Shown here: piece by piece, positions 49,561 to 59,394 of the stretch
Numbering within the stretch: position 1 is the first letter of the stretch
Layout of the letters: every line of letters begins with the position of its first letter
From: a bacterium
Lineage (GTDB): Bacteria; Pseudomonadota; Alphaproteobacteria; Caulobacterales; Caulobacteraceae
Direction of reading: 5' to 3'
NCBI GenBank assembly: GCA_943372245.1
Contig: CALRXX020000019.1
Span: 4,435 to 68,434, forward strand
Length of the DNA stretch: 64,000 nucleotides
Program-made: the position numbers and the translations under genes
The notes under the pieces: generated by a model
What the model saw: the letters and a program-made list of their open reading frames with translations, nothing else
Database searches by the model: none
Told to the model about the DNA's origin: nothing

Positions 49561-51522
49561 TCAGGGCCGCCCCACCACCGCATCCACCGAGCCGCTGGTG
49601 ACCGGGTGATAGCCGGACCGGGCGCGGGCGTAGATGCGGGTGGCGATGGGCCGGCCCCAGTCGCCTTCGGCCCACAGGCTCGTGAACAGCGGCAGGACGA
49701 ATTTGCGCCGGCCCATGGTGGTCAGGAAATGCTCCAGTGTCGGGACGGCGGGCTGATAGCGGTGCTGGACCGCGATCTGCAGCCAGGCGAACAGCACCTC
49801 GGCATTGCCCTCCTCGCGCAGCTTCAGCGTCGCTTCCAGATCGGCCAGCTGGGCGGGGGTCAGCCACTCGCCGTCGGCGCCGACGACGGAGGGGCGCCAG
49901 GCCAGGAAGCGCTGCCGCTCCTGGGTCGACCAGCCGGCCCAGGCAATGGCCGAGGCCGGACCACCCGCATCGAAGGCGGCGGCGGCCGCATCGACCGGCG
50001 CGAAGGCGTTGGAGACCGGCGGCTGCCAGTTCGACGGCATGCCCGGCTGGTAGATCCAGGCGTCCATCATCAGCTGGTCCTCGAGCGCGCGCGTCGTGAC
50101 CAGATGGGTCCGGATATCCTGCAGGAACAGTTCGGTCGTCATCGGCCGGAAGGCGTTGCGCTCGAAATAGCCCTTCAGCCAGGCATCGAACCGCTCGCGG
50201 CCGACGATCCGTTCGATGGTGAACAGGAAGGCGGCACCCTTTTCATAGGCGACGTCGGTCAGGCCGTCGTCGGGATCGCGGCCGGTCAGGTCCAGTTTGA
50301 GCCGGGTGTCCGCGGCCGGAAGCCCGGCGATCTCGGCCTGCAGGTCGCCCCAGCCCAGTGAGGCCAGCATCAGGGCGCGGTCGCGACCGTACAGGGCCTC
50401 CATGATCCGGTTCTCGAAATAGACGGTAAACCCCTCGTTCAGCCACATGTCGTTCCAGGTGGCGTTGGTGACGAGGTTGCCCGACCAGCTGTGCGCCAGC
50501 TCGTGCGCCACCAGCGAGACCAGCGACTGGTCGCCGGCGATGATGGTCGGGGTGGCGAAGGTCAGGCGCGGGTTTTCCATCCCGCCGAACGGGAAGGAGG
50601 GCGGCAGGATCAACAGGTCATAGCGACCCCAGCGATAGGGGCCGTACAGCCGCTCGGCCGCATCGACCATGTCGGCGGTCGGGGCCAGTTCGGCTCGGGC
50701 GGCGGCCAGACGCGAGGGCTCGGTGAAGATGCCGGTTCGCTCGTCGATGGCGGCGAAGGCCAGATCGCCGACCCCCAGCGCGATCAGATAGGGCGGCACC
50801 GGATTGGTCATGCGGAAGCGCCAGGCCTTCAGGCCGGGGCCGGCGGCCTCGCCCTCGGGTGTCAGCTGCTGGGCGCTCATCACCACGCGCAGATCGGCGG
50901 GGGCGACGATGCGGGCGTCATAGGTCTGGCGAATGCCGGGACTGTCCTGGGTCGGCACCCAGGTGCGGGTCAGGATCGCCTGACCCTGGCTGAACAGATA
51001 GGGCTGCGCGCCGCCGGCGGTCTGGCCGGGCGTCAACCACTGCAGGGCGGCGGCGTCGGGGCGGGTCGAATAGCTGACCACGATGCGGCGCGTCTCGCCC
51101 GCGGCGAGGGCCGGTAAGCGGACGGTCAGGGGCTGGCCCTTGATGGCGTCCGGGGTGCCGGTCTCATACGACAGCGGCGCGCCCGAGGGGTCGGAGACGC
51201 CGCGGATGTCCAGGTTCTTGATGTCCAGCACCACCTCGGTCGCGCCGGTCGCGCCCTGGATGTCGAGCGACGCCGTGCCGGACAGGGTCTGCGCCCGGAA
51301 GTCAGCGGTCAGGTCCAGCGCGACGTGGCGGACGTGGGCGATCTCGGGCCGGGCGAAGGTGTGGGTGTCGCGCGGATAGACGGCGGGCGCGGCGGCCGAG
51401 GCCGGCAGGGGTGGCATGTCGGAGCCTGACGAGGTGCCGAAGCCGAGGTCGGGCATCATGGCGCAACCGCCCAGAGCCGTGGCGAGCGCCATCGCGGAGA
51501 CCAGTCCAAACTTGCGGATCAT
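49561..51522 (-). CDS. M1 aminopeptidase (LTA4 hydrolase-like), lipoprotein
   Basis: GGMENP, HELAHSWSGN, WLNEGFT, YEKG, GRRKF; lipobox LGGC. Confidence 0.93.
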   Translation of the reverse strand: MIRKFGLVSAMALATALGGCAMMPDLGFGTSSGSDMPPLPASAAAPAVYPRDTHTFARPEIAHVRHVALDLTADFRAQTLSGTASLDIQGATGATEVVLDIKNLDIRGVSDPSGAPLSYETGTPDAIKGQPLTVRLPALAAGETRRIVVSYSTRPDAAALQWLTPGQTAGGAQPYLFSQGQAILTRTWVPTQDSPGIRQTYDARIVAPADLRVVMSAQQLTPEGEAAGPGLKAWRFRMTNPVPPYLIALGVGDLAFAAIDERTGIFTEPSRLAAARAELAPTADMVDAAERLYGPYRWGRYDLLILPPSFPFGGMENPRLTFATPTIIAGDQSLVSLVAHELAHSWSGNLVTNATWNDMWLNEGFTVYFENRIMEALYGRDRALMLASLGWGDLQAEIAGLPAADTRLKLDLTGRDPDDGLTDVAYEKGAAFLFTIERIVGRERFDAWLKGYFERNAFRPMTTELFLQDIRTHLVTTRALEDQLMMDAWIYQPGMPSNWQPPVSNAFAPVDAAAAAFDAGGPASAIAWAGWSTQERQRFLAWRPSVVGADGEWLTPAQLADLEATLKLREEGNAEVLFAWLQIAVQHRYQPAVPTLEHFLTTMGRRKFVLPLFTSLWAEGDWGRPIATRIYARARSGYHPVTSGSVDAVVGRP

Positions 51523-51616
51523 CGAGAGTCCTTGACCAAAAGTCGCGCCGACCTTGTGCGGTCGGTCGGGGCGGGTGCGTTTCCTGCCGGGACAACGCCC
51601 CGGCGGGCCAAAAAGA

Positions 51617-52876
51617 TCAAGAGGGGGCGAGAACCACGGGCCGGTTCCGCGCGGTGAACAGCCGCCCGCGTTCGGCGAACAGGACGCAAACCAGCGCCGT
51701 CATGCCGAGGGAGACGAAGCCGATCGCCATCGGCGCGGCCGAGCCGTTGAACTGCTGGCCGATCAGGAAGCCGAGCGACGCGCCCAAGGTGGTCGAGATG
51801 AACCCCTGGGCGGAGGAGGCCGTGCCCGCGATATGGCCCATCGGCTCCATGGCCATGGAGCCGAAATTGCCGGCGATGAAGCCGAAGCAGAACATGGTCA
51901 GGGCCTGCAGGATCGCGAAGGTCCAGATCGTCTCATGGCCGCTGATCGCCACCGCCGAATGGAGGGCCGAGAAGGTGATGAAACCCAGCAGGGCGGTGTG
52001 CGAGATCAGCCGCGACCCCAGCCGCTCGACCAGTCGCGCATTCAGCAGGGAGGCCAGGGCGATGCCGCCGGCAATGGCGCCGAAGACGACGGTGAACAGC
52101 TGCGGTTCGTGGAAGACGTCAAAGAAGATCTGCTGGCTGGAGTTGAGGAAGCCGAACAGGGCGCCGGAGATGGCGGTGATGGCCAGGGTGTAGCCCATGG
52201 ACTGCCGGTTGGTCAGCGCCTGCCGGAAGGCCGCGGCGATGCGGCCGATCTCGATCGGCATCCGGTCTTGCGGATGCAGGGTCTCGGGCAGGCGGAGGGC
52301 GGCCCACAGCGCGAAGGCGGCACCGCCGACGGCGAGTACGCCGAACACCCAAGGCCAGGGAGCGACGGTCAGGATCAGCTGGCCCAGTGCGGGGGCCAGA
52401 ATGGGCACGCCGAGGAAGACGAGGAAGCTCAGCGACATGACCCGCGCCATGGTCCGTCCGGCATAGCGGTCGCGCACGATCGATACGGCCAGCACCCGCA
52501 GGGCGGCCGCGCCGATCCCCGTCCCGACCCGGGCGGCGATGAGCAGTTCAAACGTCGGCGAAAAGGCGGCCAGCACGCTGAACAGCACATAGAGGCCGAG
52601 ACCGATCATCAGGATCGGCTTGCGGCCGTACCGGTCGGCCAGGGGGCCATAGATGACCTGGGTCACGCCGAAGCCGAGCAGATAGGCGGTGATGATCCAT
52701 TGCCGGCTGTTCTCCGACACCACGCCCAGGGCGTCGCCGATGGCCGGCAGGGCGGGCAGCATGGAATCGATGGCGAGCGCGTTCAGCGCCATCATCATGG
52801 CGATCAGGGCCACGAACTCGGGGAAGCCCGGACCCTTGACGGCGGGCTTGTCGAGATCGGCGGCGGGGGACGTCAT
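51617..52876 (-). CDS. Bcr/CflA-type MFS drug efflux transporter
   Basis: IDSMLPALP, GPLADRYGRKP, LPET; about 12 TM. Confidence 0.9.
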   Translation of the reverse strand: MTSPAADLDKPAVKGPGFPEFVALIAMMMALNALAIDSMLPALPAIGDALGVVSENSRQWIITAYLLGFGVTQVIYGPLADRYGRKPILMIGLGLYVLFSVLAAFSPTFELLIAARVGTGIGAAALRVLAVSIVRDRYAGRTMARVMSLSFLVFLGVPILAPALGQLILTVAPWPWVFGVLAVGGAAFALWAALRLPETLHPQDRMPIEIGRIAAAFRQALTNRQSMGYTLAITAISGALFGFLNSSQQIFFDVFHEPQLFTVVFGAIAGGIALASLLNARLVERLGSRLISHTALLGFITFSALHSAVAISGHETIWTFAILQALTMFCFGFIAGNFGSMAMEPMGHIAGTASSAQGFISTTLGASLGFLIGQQFNGSAAPMAIGFVSLGMTALVCVLFAERGRLFTARNRPVVLAPS

Positions 52877-52989
52877 CGGGGGCAGATGGGGCCGGGGCCG
52901 TCAGGCGCAACCTCGGCGACGGGAATTCACTCGGCTCAATCGGACGACACCGGTCGCGGTGCGTGGCGGAAAAGGTTGTCCGCTCAATC

Positions 52990-53009
52990 ATTTCTGATAT
53001 TCTGGAAAT
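52990..53009. promoter_or_regulatory. Putative ArsR operator
   Basis: Imperfect dyad ATTTCTGATATTCTGGAAAT abutting the arsR start. Confidence 0.6.
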
Positions 53010-53363
53010 ATGGAAATGTTGGCCGCCGTCGAGAGCCTGTCCGCCCTCGCCCACGAGGGCCGGCTGAAGGTCTTTCGCATGCTGGTGAAGGCCGGTCCCG
53101 ACGGCCTGGCCGCCGGCGAGATCGCCCGCCACCTCGGCACGCCGCCCAATACCCTGTCGGCCAATCTCACGCTTCTGGCGCATGCGGGACTGGCGCAGTC
53201 GCGACGCGACGGCCGTTCAATCATCTATTCGGCGCGGTTTGACCGGATGGGCGAACTGATGGCCTTCCTCGCCGAGGACTGCTGCGGCGGGGCGGCGGAG
53301 GTCTGCGCGCCGGTCGCCGATGCGGCGAGACGCGCGGCCTGCCGGTCGGACGCGGTGTGCTGA
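53010..53363 (+). CDS. arsR: ArsR family repressor with C-terminal vicinal cysteines
   Basis: ALAH..RL.VFR.LV, winged HTH, EDCCGG...C. Confidence 0.9.
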   Translation: MEMLAAVESLSALAHEGRLKVFRMLVKAGPDGLAAGEIARHLGTPPNTLSANLTLLAHAGLAQSRRDGRSIIYSARFDRMGELMAFLAEDCCGGAAEVCAPVADAARRAACRSDAVC

Positions 53364-53364
53364 C

Positions 53365-54063
53365 GTGGGCGAGACGACCCCTTCATCTGCCGCGCCCGCG
53401 TTCGGTCCCGCCCGTCGGCTGGTCGCGGAGGCCCTGGGAACGGCCCTGCTGCTCGCGATCGTGGTCGGGTCCGGCATCATGGCCGACCGGCTGACCGATG
53501 ACGTTGCCCTGGCCTTGCTGGCCAATACGGCGGCCACCGGGGCTGGATTGGCGGTGCTGATCGCCATACTCGGGCCGATATCAGGCGCCCATTTCAACCC
53601 GGCGGTGACCCTGGTCTTCGCCTTGAAACGCGCCCTCCCGGCGCGGATGGCGGCGGCCTATGCGGCGACCCAGATTGTCGGCGGGATCGCGGGGATCTGG
53701 CTGGCCCATCTGATGTTCGCCGAACCGGTTCTGCAGGTCTCGACGCGGTTGCGGGACGGACCGGCGCAGGCCTTGTCGGAAGGCGTGGCGACGTTCGGCC
53801 TGATCGGCGTGATCCTGGCGGGTGCCCGGTTCCGGGCCGGGGCCCTGCCCGCGCTCGTGGGCCTCTATATCACCGCTGCCTACTGGTTCACCGCCTCGAC
53901 CTCCTTCGCCAATCCGGCGGTGACCCTGGCGCGCACCCTGAGCGACACCTTCGCGGGGATCGCACCGTCGTCCGCCCCGGCCTTCATCGCCGCCCAGATC
54001 GCCGGCGCCCTGGCGGCGCTGGTTGTCTTCAGCTGGCTTTTGCATGAGGACAGCGCCCCATGA
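53365..54063 (+). CDS. MIP-family aquaglyceroporin (AqpS-like arsenite channel)
   Basis: SGAHFNPAVT and STSFANPAVT; located between arsR and arsC. Confidence 0.9.
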   Translation: MGETTPSSAAPAFGPARRLVAEALGTALLLAIVVGSGIMADRLTDDVALALLANTAATGAGLAVLIAILGPISGAHFNPAVTLVFALKRALPARMAAAYAATQIVGGIAGIWLAHLMFAEPVLQVSTRLRDGPAQALSEGVATFGLIGVILAGARFRAGALPALVGLYITAAYWFTASTSFANPAVTLARTLSDTFAGIAPSSAPAFIAAQIAGALAALVVFSWLLHEDSAP

Positions 54064-54461
54064 CCGACTTCCCCGTCACCGTCTTCCACAACCCCGCCTG
54101 CGGGACTTCGCGCAACGTCCTGGCCATGGTGGAGGCCGCGGGCTATCGGCCGGAAGTGGTCGAGTATCTGAAGGCCGGCTGGACTCCGGACCAACTGGGT
54201 GCCCTGTTCGCCGAGGCGGGGATTTCGCCGCGCGAGGCCCTGCGGGTGAAGGGGACCCCCGCTGCCGAGCTCGGCCTGTTGGAGCCCGGCGCGTCAGACG
54301 CCGTCCTGCTCGCCGCCATGGTCGAACATCCGGTGCTGGTGGAGCGCCCGATCGTGCGCACCCCCAGGGGCACCGCTCTGTGCCGGCCGTCGGAGAAGGT
54401 CTTCGACCTGCTGGCGCGGAGGCCGGAGCGCTTCGTCAAGGAAGACGGGGAAGTGGTCTGA
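54060..54461 (+). CDS. arsC: Arsenate reductase, glutaredoxin type
   Basis: HNPACGTSR, HPVLVERPIV, LCRPSE. Confidence 0.93.
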   Translation: MTDFPVTVFHNPACGTSRNVLAMVEAAGYRPEVVEYLKAGWTPDQLGALFAEAGISPREALRVKGTPAAELGLLEPGASDAVLLAAMVEHPVLVERPIVRTPRGTALCRPSEKVFDLLARRPERFVKEDGEVV

Positions 54462-54524
54462 GCCGGCCCTGCTTCGCTTCAGCCGCGGGGATCAATCCTG
54501 CGAAGCCCGAAGGGCGAAGCAGGA

Positions 54525-54582
54525 TGGCGCGGCCGGCCGGGGTCTGACCGGCACGCCTTTCGGAACCGGATTTTGGGTCCGG
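54525..54582 (-). repeat. Degenerate copy of the 3' 58 nt of tRNA-Leu(CAA), att-like
   Basis: 49/58 identity to 55735-55792 in direct orientation, no gaps. Confidence 0.85.
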
Positions 54583-54658
54583 GCCAGCCCGCGATTCAAC
54601 CCGCCCTTTCGGTTGGAGATCGGCCTCCCAAACGAAAAAACTTAAGTTATAAAGCGGC

Positions 54659-55702
54659 ATGGGGGCTGACCGAACAATCTATCACACACTGAACGGCATG
54701 CGTGGCGTGGCCGCAATTGCCGTCGTTCTTTACCACGCCAGCACCCTGACCGGTGCCCAGGTCGTGCCCGGCGGCTATCTGGCGGTGGACCTGTTTTTCG
54801 TCCTGTCGGGCCTGGTCATCGCCCATGCCTATGAGCAACGGCTCCTGCAGGGCCTCAGCCCCATGGCCTTCATGCGGCACCGGCTGATCCGTTTTTATCC
54901 TCTGTACCTGTTGGGCCTGGCTCTCGGGGCGGGACTGATGACGCTTGAGATTCTGGTCAGCCCACCCGCGGTGTTGACCTCCGTCCAGGCCACCGTCGCG
55001 ACCGTCACCGGCCTGGCTTTCCTTCCAGCCCCGTTCGGTGCCGAGCTCTACCCCCTGAACGCGCCCGCCTGGTCACTGTTTTACGAACTGGTCGTCAATG
55101 CCCTCTATGCGGTGTGGCTGGTCCGGTTGAGAACCCGAACCCTGATCGGGATCGCCGCCGTTACATTGATCGGCCTTGCTGTCCTGATCTTCCAGGCTGG
55201 ATCCGCCTCGATTGGCACGCAGTGGCAGTCGATCCCGGCCGGCCTCGGCCGAGCCCTGTTCGCCTTTACGCTGGGCGTTGTCCTGTTCCGGTGTCGCGAT
55301 CCTCGCCCCCTGCCTGGCCGATATGCGATTCCATTGGTTGCAGGGGTGGGGGTGCTGCTCTGCCTGCCGATACCGACTCCCGTGAGACCGTATTTTGACC
55401 TCGCCTGTATCGGCGTCCTGTTGCCAGTGGCGGTGGCATGGGGAGCGCGCCTCCACTCCGATCGCCTCGTGCCTGCGTTCACGTGGCTGGGTGCGATCTC
55501 GTTCCCGATCTATGCGATCCACTACCCCGTGGTCTTGCTGGGGCTGGCGCTCAACGATTCCCTCGGCCACGGCCTCCTGATTCTGGCGGGCTTGCTCGCC
55601 GGCCTTCTTCTGGTCAGCACCCTGGCCGAGCGCTGGTATGATCTTCCGATGCGCCGTCTGCTGGATCAATGGACGCGGCGGCCCCGCATCGCCGGCGGCT
55701 GA
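54659..55702 (+). CDS. Acyltransferase-3 (OafA/YrhL-like) membrane O-acyltransferase
   Basis: LNGMRGVAAIAVVLYH, VDLFFVLSG, RLIRFYP, WSLFYE, SFPIYAIH. Confidence 0.9.
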   Translation: MGADRTIYHTLNGMRGVAAIAVVLYHASTLTGAQVVPGGYLAVDLFFVLSGLVIAHAYEQRLLQGLSPMAFMRHRLIRFYPLYLLGLALGAGLMTLEILVSPPAVLTSVQATVATVTGLAFLPAPFGAELYPLNAPAWSLFYELVVNALYAVWLVRLRTRTLIGIAAVTLIGLAVLIFQAGSASIGTQWQSIPAGLGRALFAFTLGVVLFRCRDPRPLPGRYAIPLVAGVGVLLCLPIPTPVRPYFDLACIGVLLPVAVAWGARLHSDRLVPAFTWLGAISFPIYAIHYPVVLLGLALNDSLGHGLLILAGLLAGLLLVSTLAERWYDLPMRRLLDQWTRRPRIAGG

Positions 55703-55734
55703 ACGGCGCACCTGACGCCATGGGCTTCAAACCG

Positions 55735-55819
55735 TGGTGCGGGCGGTCGGGCTCGAACCGACACTCCTTTCGGAACCGGATTTTGAGTCCGGCGCGTCTA
55801 CCAGTTCCACCACGCCCGC
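55735..55819 (-). tRNA. tRNA-Leu(CAA)
   Basis: Reverse complement GCGGGCGTGGTGGAACTGGTAGAC...ccgga-ctCAAaa-tccgg...GGTTCGAGCCC...CGCACCA, 85 nt. Confidence 0.97.
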
Positions 55820-55929
55820 ACAGGCCGGTTGCTCGCTTCGGCAGGCGCGCTTGGTAGCTCGCGCGGTCCGATCAGGTCAATGCGGATCGGTGTTCAGGAC
55901 GGCCTGCCGTCCGCTCGGGCGACGGGGCC

Positions 55930-56475
55930 TCACGCCACCGTCTCGACATGGCTGTCGCCGGCGCCCGACTGGATGCGGCGGGCGCGGATGAACATCTCGA
56001 CACGCTGCATGACAACCATGCCGACGACGAAGAGGAGGAAGGCGTCGGCGATGGCCAGGGCGTTCAGCCCCCATTCCGCGGCGTGCGGCTCAAGGAAGGC
56101 GCTCAGGCCGCGGCGACCCAGCATGACGGCGATGATCAGGATGAGGCCGATGGGCGAGGCCTGGGCTTTCAGCGTGCCGTCCGCGTGTTTCTCGATGGTG
56201 GTCATCTTCCCGCGCCACCAGCCGAAGGTGCCGCCGAGGACAAGGCCGATCGCCAGAATGGCCCAGGCGAGCGCGTCAAAGGCGACGTGCGGCGTCGTCG
56301 GGTCCATGCTCGTCCCCCAGAGCGCGAGGCCCATCAAGGGGACGAAGATCGCGGGCATGACCCACATCCACTGCGGATTCAGGGTCCGGGGCCTGCGATT
56401 GCGCAGGAAGATCAGCGGCAGGGCGATCGCGAGCCCGATCAGCGGTCCGAGAACCTGAGGCGACAAATCCAGCAT
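55930..56475 (-). CDS. CcdC/DUF1453-like membrane protein
   Basis: RPRTL....W.MP, GWWRG, about 5 TM. Confidence 0.65.
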   Translation of the reverse strand: MLDLSPQVLGPLIGLAIALPLIFLRNRRPRTLNPQWMWVMPAIFVPLMGLALWGTSMDPTTPHVAFDALAWAILAIGLVLGGTFGWWRGKMTTIEKHADGTLKAQASPIGLILIIAVMLGRRGLSAFLEPHAAEWGLNALAIADAFLLFVVGMVVMQRVEMFIRARRIQSGAGDSHVETVA

Positions 56476-56687
56476 GGAAGCCAATCCCGTCCGACAACGC
56501 GCCGCTCGCCCCCCTCGGGCCGCAGACGTGGCCGAACCTTAATCCGTCCCGCGCATCCGTAAAGCGGCACCGCCGCCTCTGGTCCCTGAAGCGATGGGAT
56601 GCGTGTGATGAGACAATGGCTGTCGATCGCCCTGAGCGGGCTGGTGCTGTCCTGTCAGGGGCCGGCGGCGGTGATGGCGCGAGAGAC

Positions 56688-57695
56688 CTATACCGCCTCG
56701 ACGACCTGTTCGATGGCCCCGAAGATCGAGTGGTGGTGGTCGTCCAGCATCTCGATGCGGACGGTGTCGCCGGCCTTGAGGAAGGGCGTCTCGGCCTTGC
56801 CGCGCAGGATGGTTTCGACCGTGCGGACCTCGGCGATGCAGGAATAGCCGAGGCCGCCCTCGCTGACCGGCTTGCCCGGGCCGCCGTCGGCGTCGCGGTT
56901 CGAGACGGTGCCGGAGCCGATGATGGTGCCGGCGCACAGGCTGCGGGTCTTCGCCAGATGGGCGATCAGGGTGCCGAAGTCGAAGGTCATGTCGACGCCC
57001 GCATCGGCCTTGCCGAACTCGGCGCCGTTCAGCTGGACGTTCAGGGCCCCCTTGAGCTTGCCGTCGACCCAGCGGTCGCCGAGCGCGCCCGGGGTCACGA
57101 AGACCGGCGACAGGGCCGAGGCGGGCTTGGACTGGACGAAGCCGAACCCCTTGGCCAGTTCGGCCGGGATCAGGTTGCGCAGGGAGACGTCATTGACCAG
57201 TCCGACCAGGCGGATGCAGGCCAGCGCCTCCTCGCGGGTCACGCCCTGGGGCACGTCGCCGGTGACGACCACCACCTCGGCCTCGAGGTCGCAGCCCCAG
57301 CTTTCGTCGGCCAGGGGGATCGGGTCGCGAGGGGCCAGGAAGCCGTCCGAACCACCCTGGTACATCAGGGGATCGGTCCAGAAGCTGTCGGGCATTTCGG
57401 CGGCGCGTGCCTGACGCACGAGGGCGACGTGGTTCACATAGGCCGAGCCGTCGGCCCACTGATAGGCGCGGGGCAGGGGTGCCGCGGCCTCTCGTTCGTG
57501 GAAGCGGCCGCGCGGCACACCGCCGTGTTCGAGGCTCTCGGCGAGGGCGCGCAGGTCGGGCTCGAGCCGGTCCCAGTCGTCCAGCGCCGCCTGCAGGGTC
57601 GGGGCGATCAGGAAGGCGTCGGTAAACCAGGCGAGGTCGCTGGAGACGAGAACGAGGCGACCGTCACGGCCGTGCTTGAGCGAGGCGAGTTTCAT
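56688..57695 (-). CDS. Fumarylacetoacetate hydrolase family protein
   Basis: PLPRAYQWADGSAY, DLEAE, NDVSLR, QSKP, IGSGTVSN. Confidence 0.92.
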   Translation of the reverse strand: MKLASLKHGRDGRLVLVSSDLAWFTDAFLIAPTLQAALDDWDRLEPDLRALAESLEHGGVPRGRFHEREAAAPLPRAYQWADGSAYVNHVALVRQARAAEMPDSFWTDPLMYQGGSDGFLAPRDPIPLADESWGCDLEAEVVVVTGDVPQGVTREEALACIRLVGLVNDVSLRNLIPAELAKGFGFVQSKPASALSPVFVTPGALGDRWVDGKLKGALNVQLNGAEFGKADAGVDMTFDFGTLIAHLAKTRSLCAGTIIGSGTVSNRDADGGPGKPVSEGGLGYSCIAEVRTVETILRGKAETPFLKAGDTVRIEMLDDHHHSIFGAIEQVVEAV

Positions 57696-57739
57696 GGCCC
57701 AAGGCTTAAGCGGTTTCTCCGGAGGACGAAACCGGGTTT

Positions 57740-58519
57740 TCAGTGCCCGCCGTGAGAGGCCTTGCCTTGCCCCGATGATCCGTGCGCGGAGCCGGGGTTC
57801 GAAAGCTCCGCATGGGCCTCGCGCAGTTCGCCGACCCGGGCAGCCTCGTCGCGCCAATGCTGGTTGAAGGCGGCGACCGCCAGACGCAGGGCGTCGGTCT
57901 GCTCGCGATGATTCAGATCGCGCTTCTCCGGCTTGTCGCCATGGGCCGGCGGGTGATGTTCGGCCGGGGGATGGGCAGCCGAATGGGCCGTCGCCCCGGC
58001 GTTGACGTTGACGATGGTGACCGCGGGGGCGGCATGGACCTCATGGGAAGCGTGGGCGTCATGAGCGGTGCCGTGAGCGCCGTGGTCCCCGCCATGGCCT
58101 GCGCCATGGCCGCCGCCGTGGCCATGGCCCCCACCATGCCCGTGGGCGTCCGCCTCGCCCTCACCCTTGACGGCCTTTTTGAGATTGCCGATTTGCTTGG
58201 ACATGCCACCGACCAGCCCCAGGGTCTTGCCGAGTCGGCTGTCGACGACCTTCAACAGGTTTTCGGCCTTCCCCTTCAGGGCATTGTCATCGGCCCCCAT
58301 GGCGGAGCGGGTCGCATCATGGATGGCTTTCCAGATCGACTGGGCAGCATCGGCGCGGCTGTGGTTTGACCGGGCACCGAGATACCAGCCGAGCAGCAGT
58401 GCGGCGGCCAGTCCCAGCAGGATGGCACCCCAGACGAAGGGATCGGCTCCGATGAACAGTGGTCCGTCCAGAGGCGCGTTGGCCGGGTCGGCGTTGGCGA
58501 AGTCTGCGCCGTAGGACAT
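57740..58519 (-). CDS. His/Gly-rich membrane-anchored hypothetical protein
   Basis: GAGGGAG SD, one N-terminal TM, helical segments flanking an (HGGG)n tract. Confidence 0.75.
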   Translation of the reverse strand: MSYGADFANADPANAPLDGPLFIGADPFVWGAILLGLAAALLLGWYLGARSNHSRADAAQSIWKAIHDATRSAMGADDNALKGKAENLLKVVDSRLGKTLGLVGGMSKQIGNLKKAVKGEGEADAHGHGGGHGHGGGHGAGHGGDHGAHGTAHDAHASHEVHAAPAVTIVNVNAGATAHSAAHPPAEHHPPAHGDKPEKRDLNHREQTDALRLAVAAFNQHWRDEAARVGELREAHAELSNPGSAHGSSGQGKASHGGH

Positions 58520-58630
58520 GCTGCTCCCTCTCGAAGACCCTGAACCGTTCGGAGCGCATCTTGCCCCCGCGGTGCCGCTTGGCAACGACAAAGGTTAACG
58601 GCGCGACCGATTCCCGTCAGGGGCGAGCGC

Positions 58631-58891
58631 TCAGCGCGGCGGTGTGATCAGCGCCCGTGCCTCGGCCCCGGTGCGGGCGCCGATGTCGCGGACCTCGATC
58701 TCGACGGCCACGGCACCCTCGGGCTCATGGGCCCAGAGATAGCGGCGCTCGACCTCGACCTCGCGGCCGGACGGGGCGACGCCCACGAAGGTGTCACCCC
58801 AGGGCGTGATCTTGACCAGTTCGGGCCAGATCAGGCTGCAGGCCTGATCCAGTTCCTCGATGGCCATGGCCGAGAGCTCGTCCTCACTCAC
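58631..58891 (-). CDS. Small hypothetical protein
   Basis: GTGA coupling to the upstream gene; ITPWGDTF, VEVERRYLW. Confidence 0.65.
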   Translation of the reverse strand: MSEDELSAMAIEELDQACSLIWPELVKITPWGDTFVGVAPSGREVEVERRYLWAHEPEGAVAVEIEVRDIGARTGAEARALITPPR

Positions 58892-59394
58892 AGCCACCGC
58901 CGCACCTTCTGGCGATAGGCGTCGTAGTCGGCGCCGAATTTGGCGGCGAGATAGCGCTCCTCGCGCTGGATCACGAACTGGTCGACGATTGCCAGGCAGG
59001 GCAGCAGCAGGAACAGGGCCAGGGCGCTGTCCATGGCGATGGCCAGCCCGGCATAGGTGACGGCGAAACCGACGTAGATGGGGTTGCGGCTGAACCGGTA
59101 GGGGCCCTCGTGGATCAGGACCGTCGACGGCTTCCACGGCTCGACGGCCGTGCCGCGACGCCGGAACAGGCCCGCCGCCATCCCGTCCAGCAGCAGGCCG
59201 CCGATGATCAGGGTCAGGGCGAGGCCGCGCCGCACCTCCATCTCCAGCCCGAAACCGGCTGCCAGCCAGTTGTAGCCGGCCTCCACCGCCTCCGGCCGCG
59301 CCCCGAGCTCGGCCAGACCCCAGCCGACGAACAGGAAGCCGAGATAGATCAGCGGCGGCGGGGCGATGACGCCGGGCGTATCAGTCTTGCTCAT
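58888..59394 (-). CDS. Isoprenylcysteine carboxyl methyltransferase (ICMT/PEMT) family protein
   Basis: GPYRFSRNPIYVG, EERYL..KFG..Y..Y...VRRWL. Confidence 0.9.
   Translation of the reverse strand: MSKTDTPGVIAPPPLIYLGFLFVGWGLAELGARPEAVEAGYNWLAAGFGLEMEVRRGLALTLIIGGLLLDGMAAGLFRRRGTAVEPWKPSTVLIHEGPYRFSRNPIYVGFAVTYAGLAIAMDSALALFLLLPCLAIVDQFVIQREERYLAAKFGADYDAYRQKVRRWL

Noticed and set aside
54525-54582. A second functional tRNA
   Set aside because: Lacks the 5' acceptor strand and D-arm, and the T-loop is mutated
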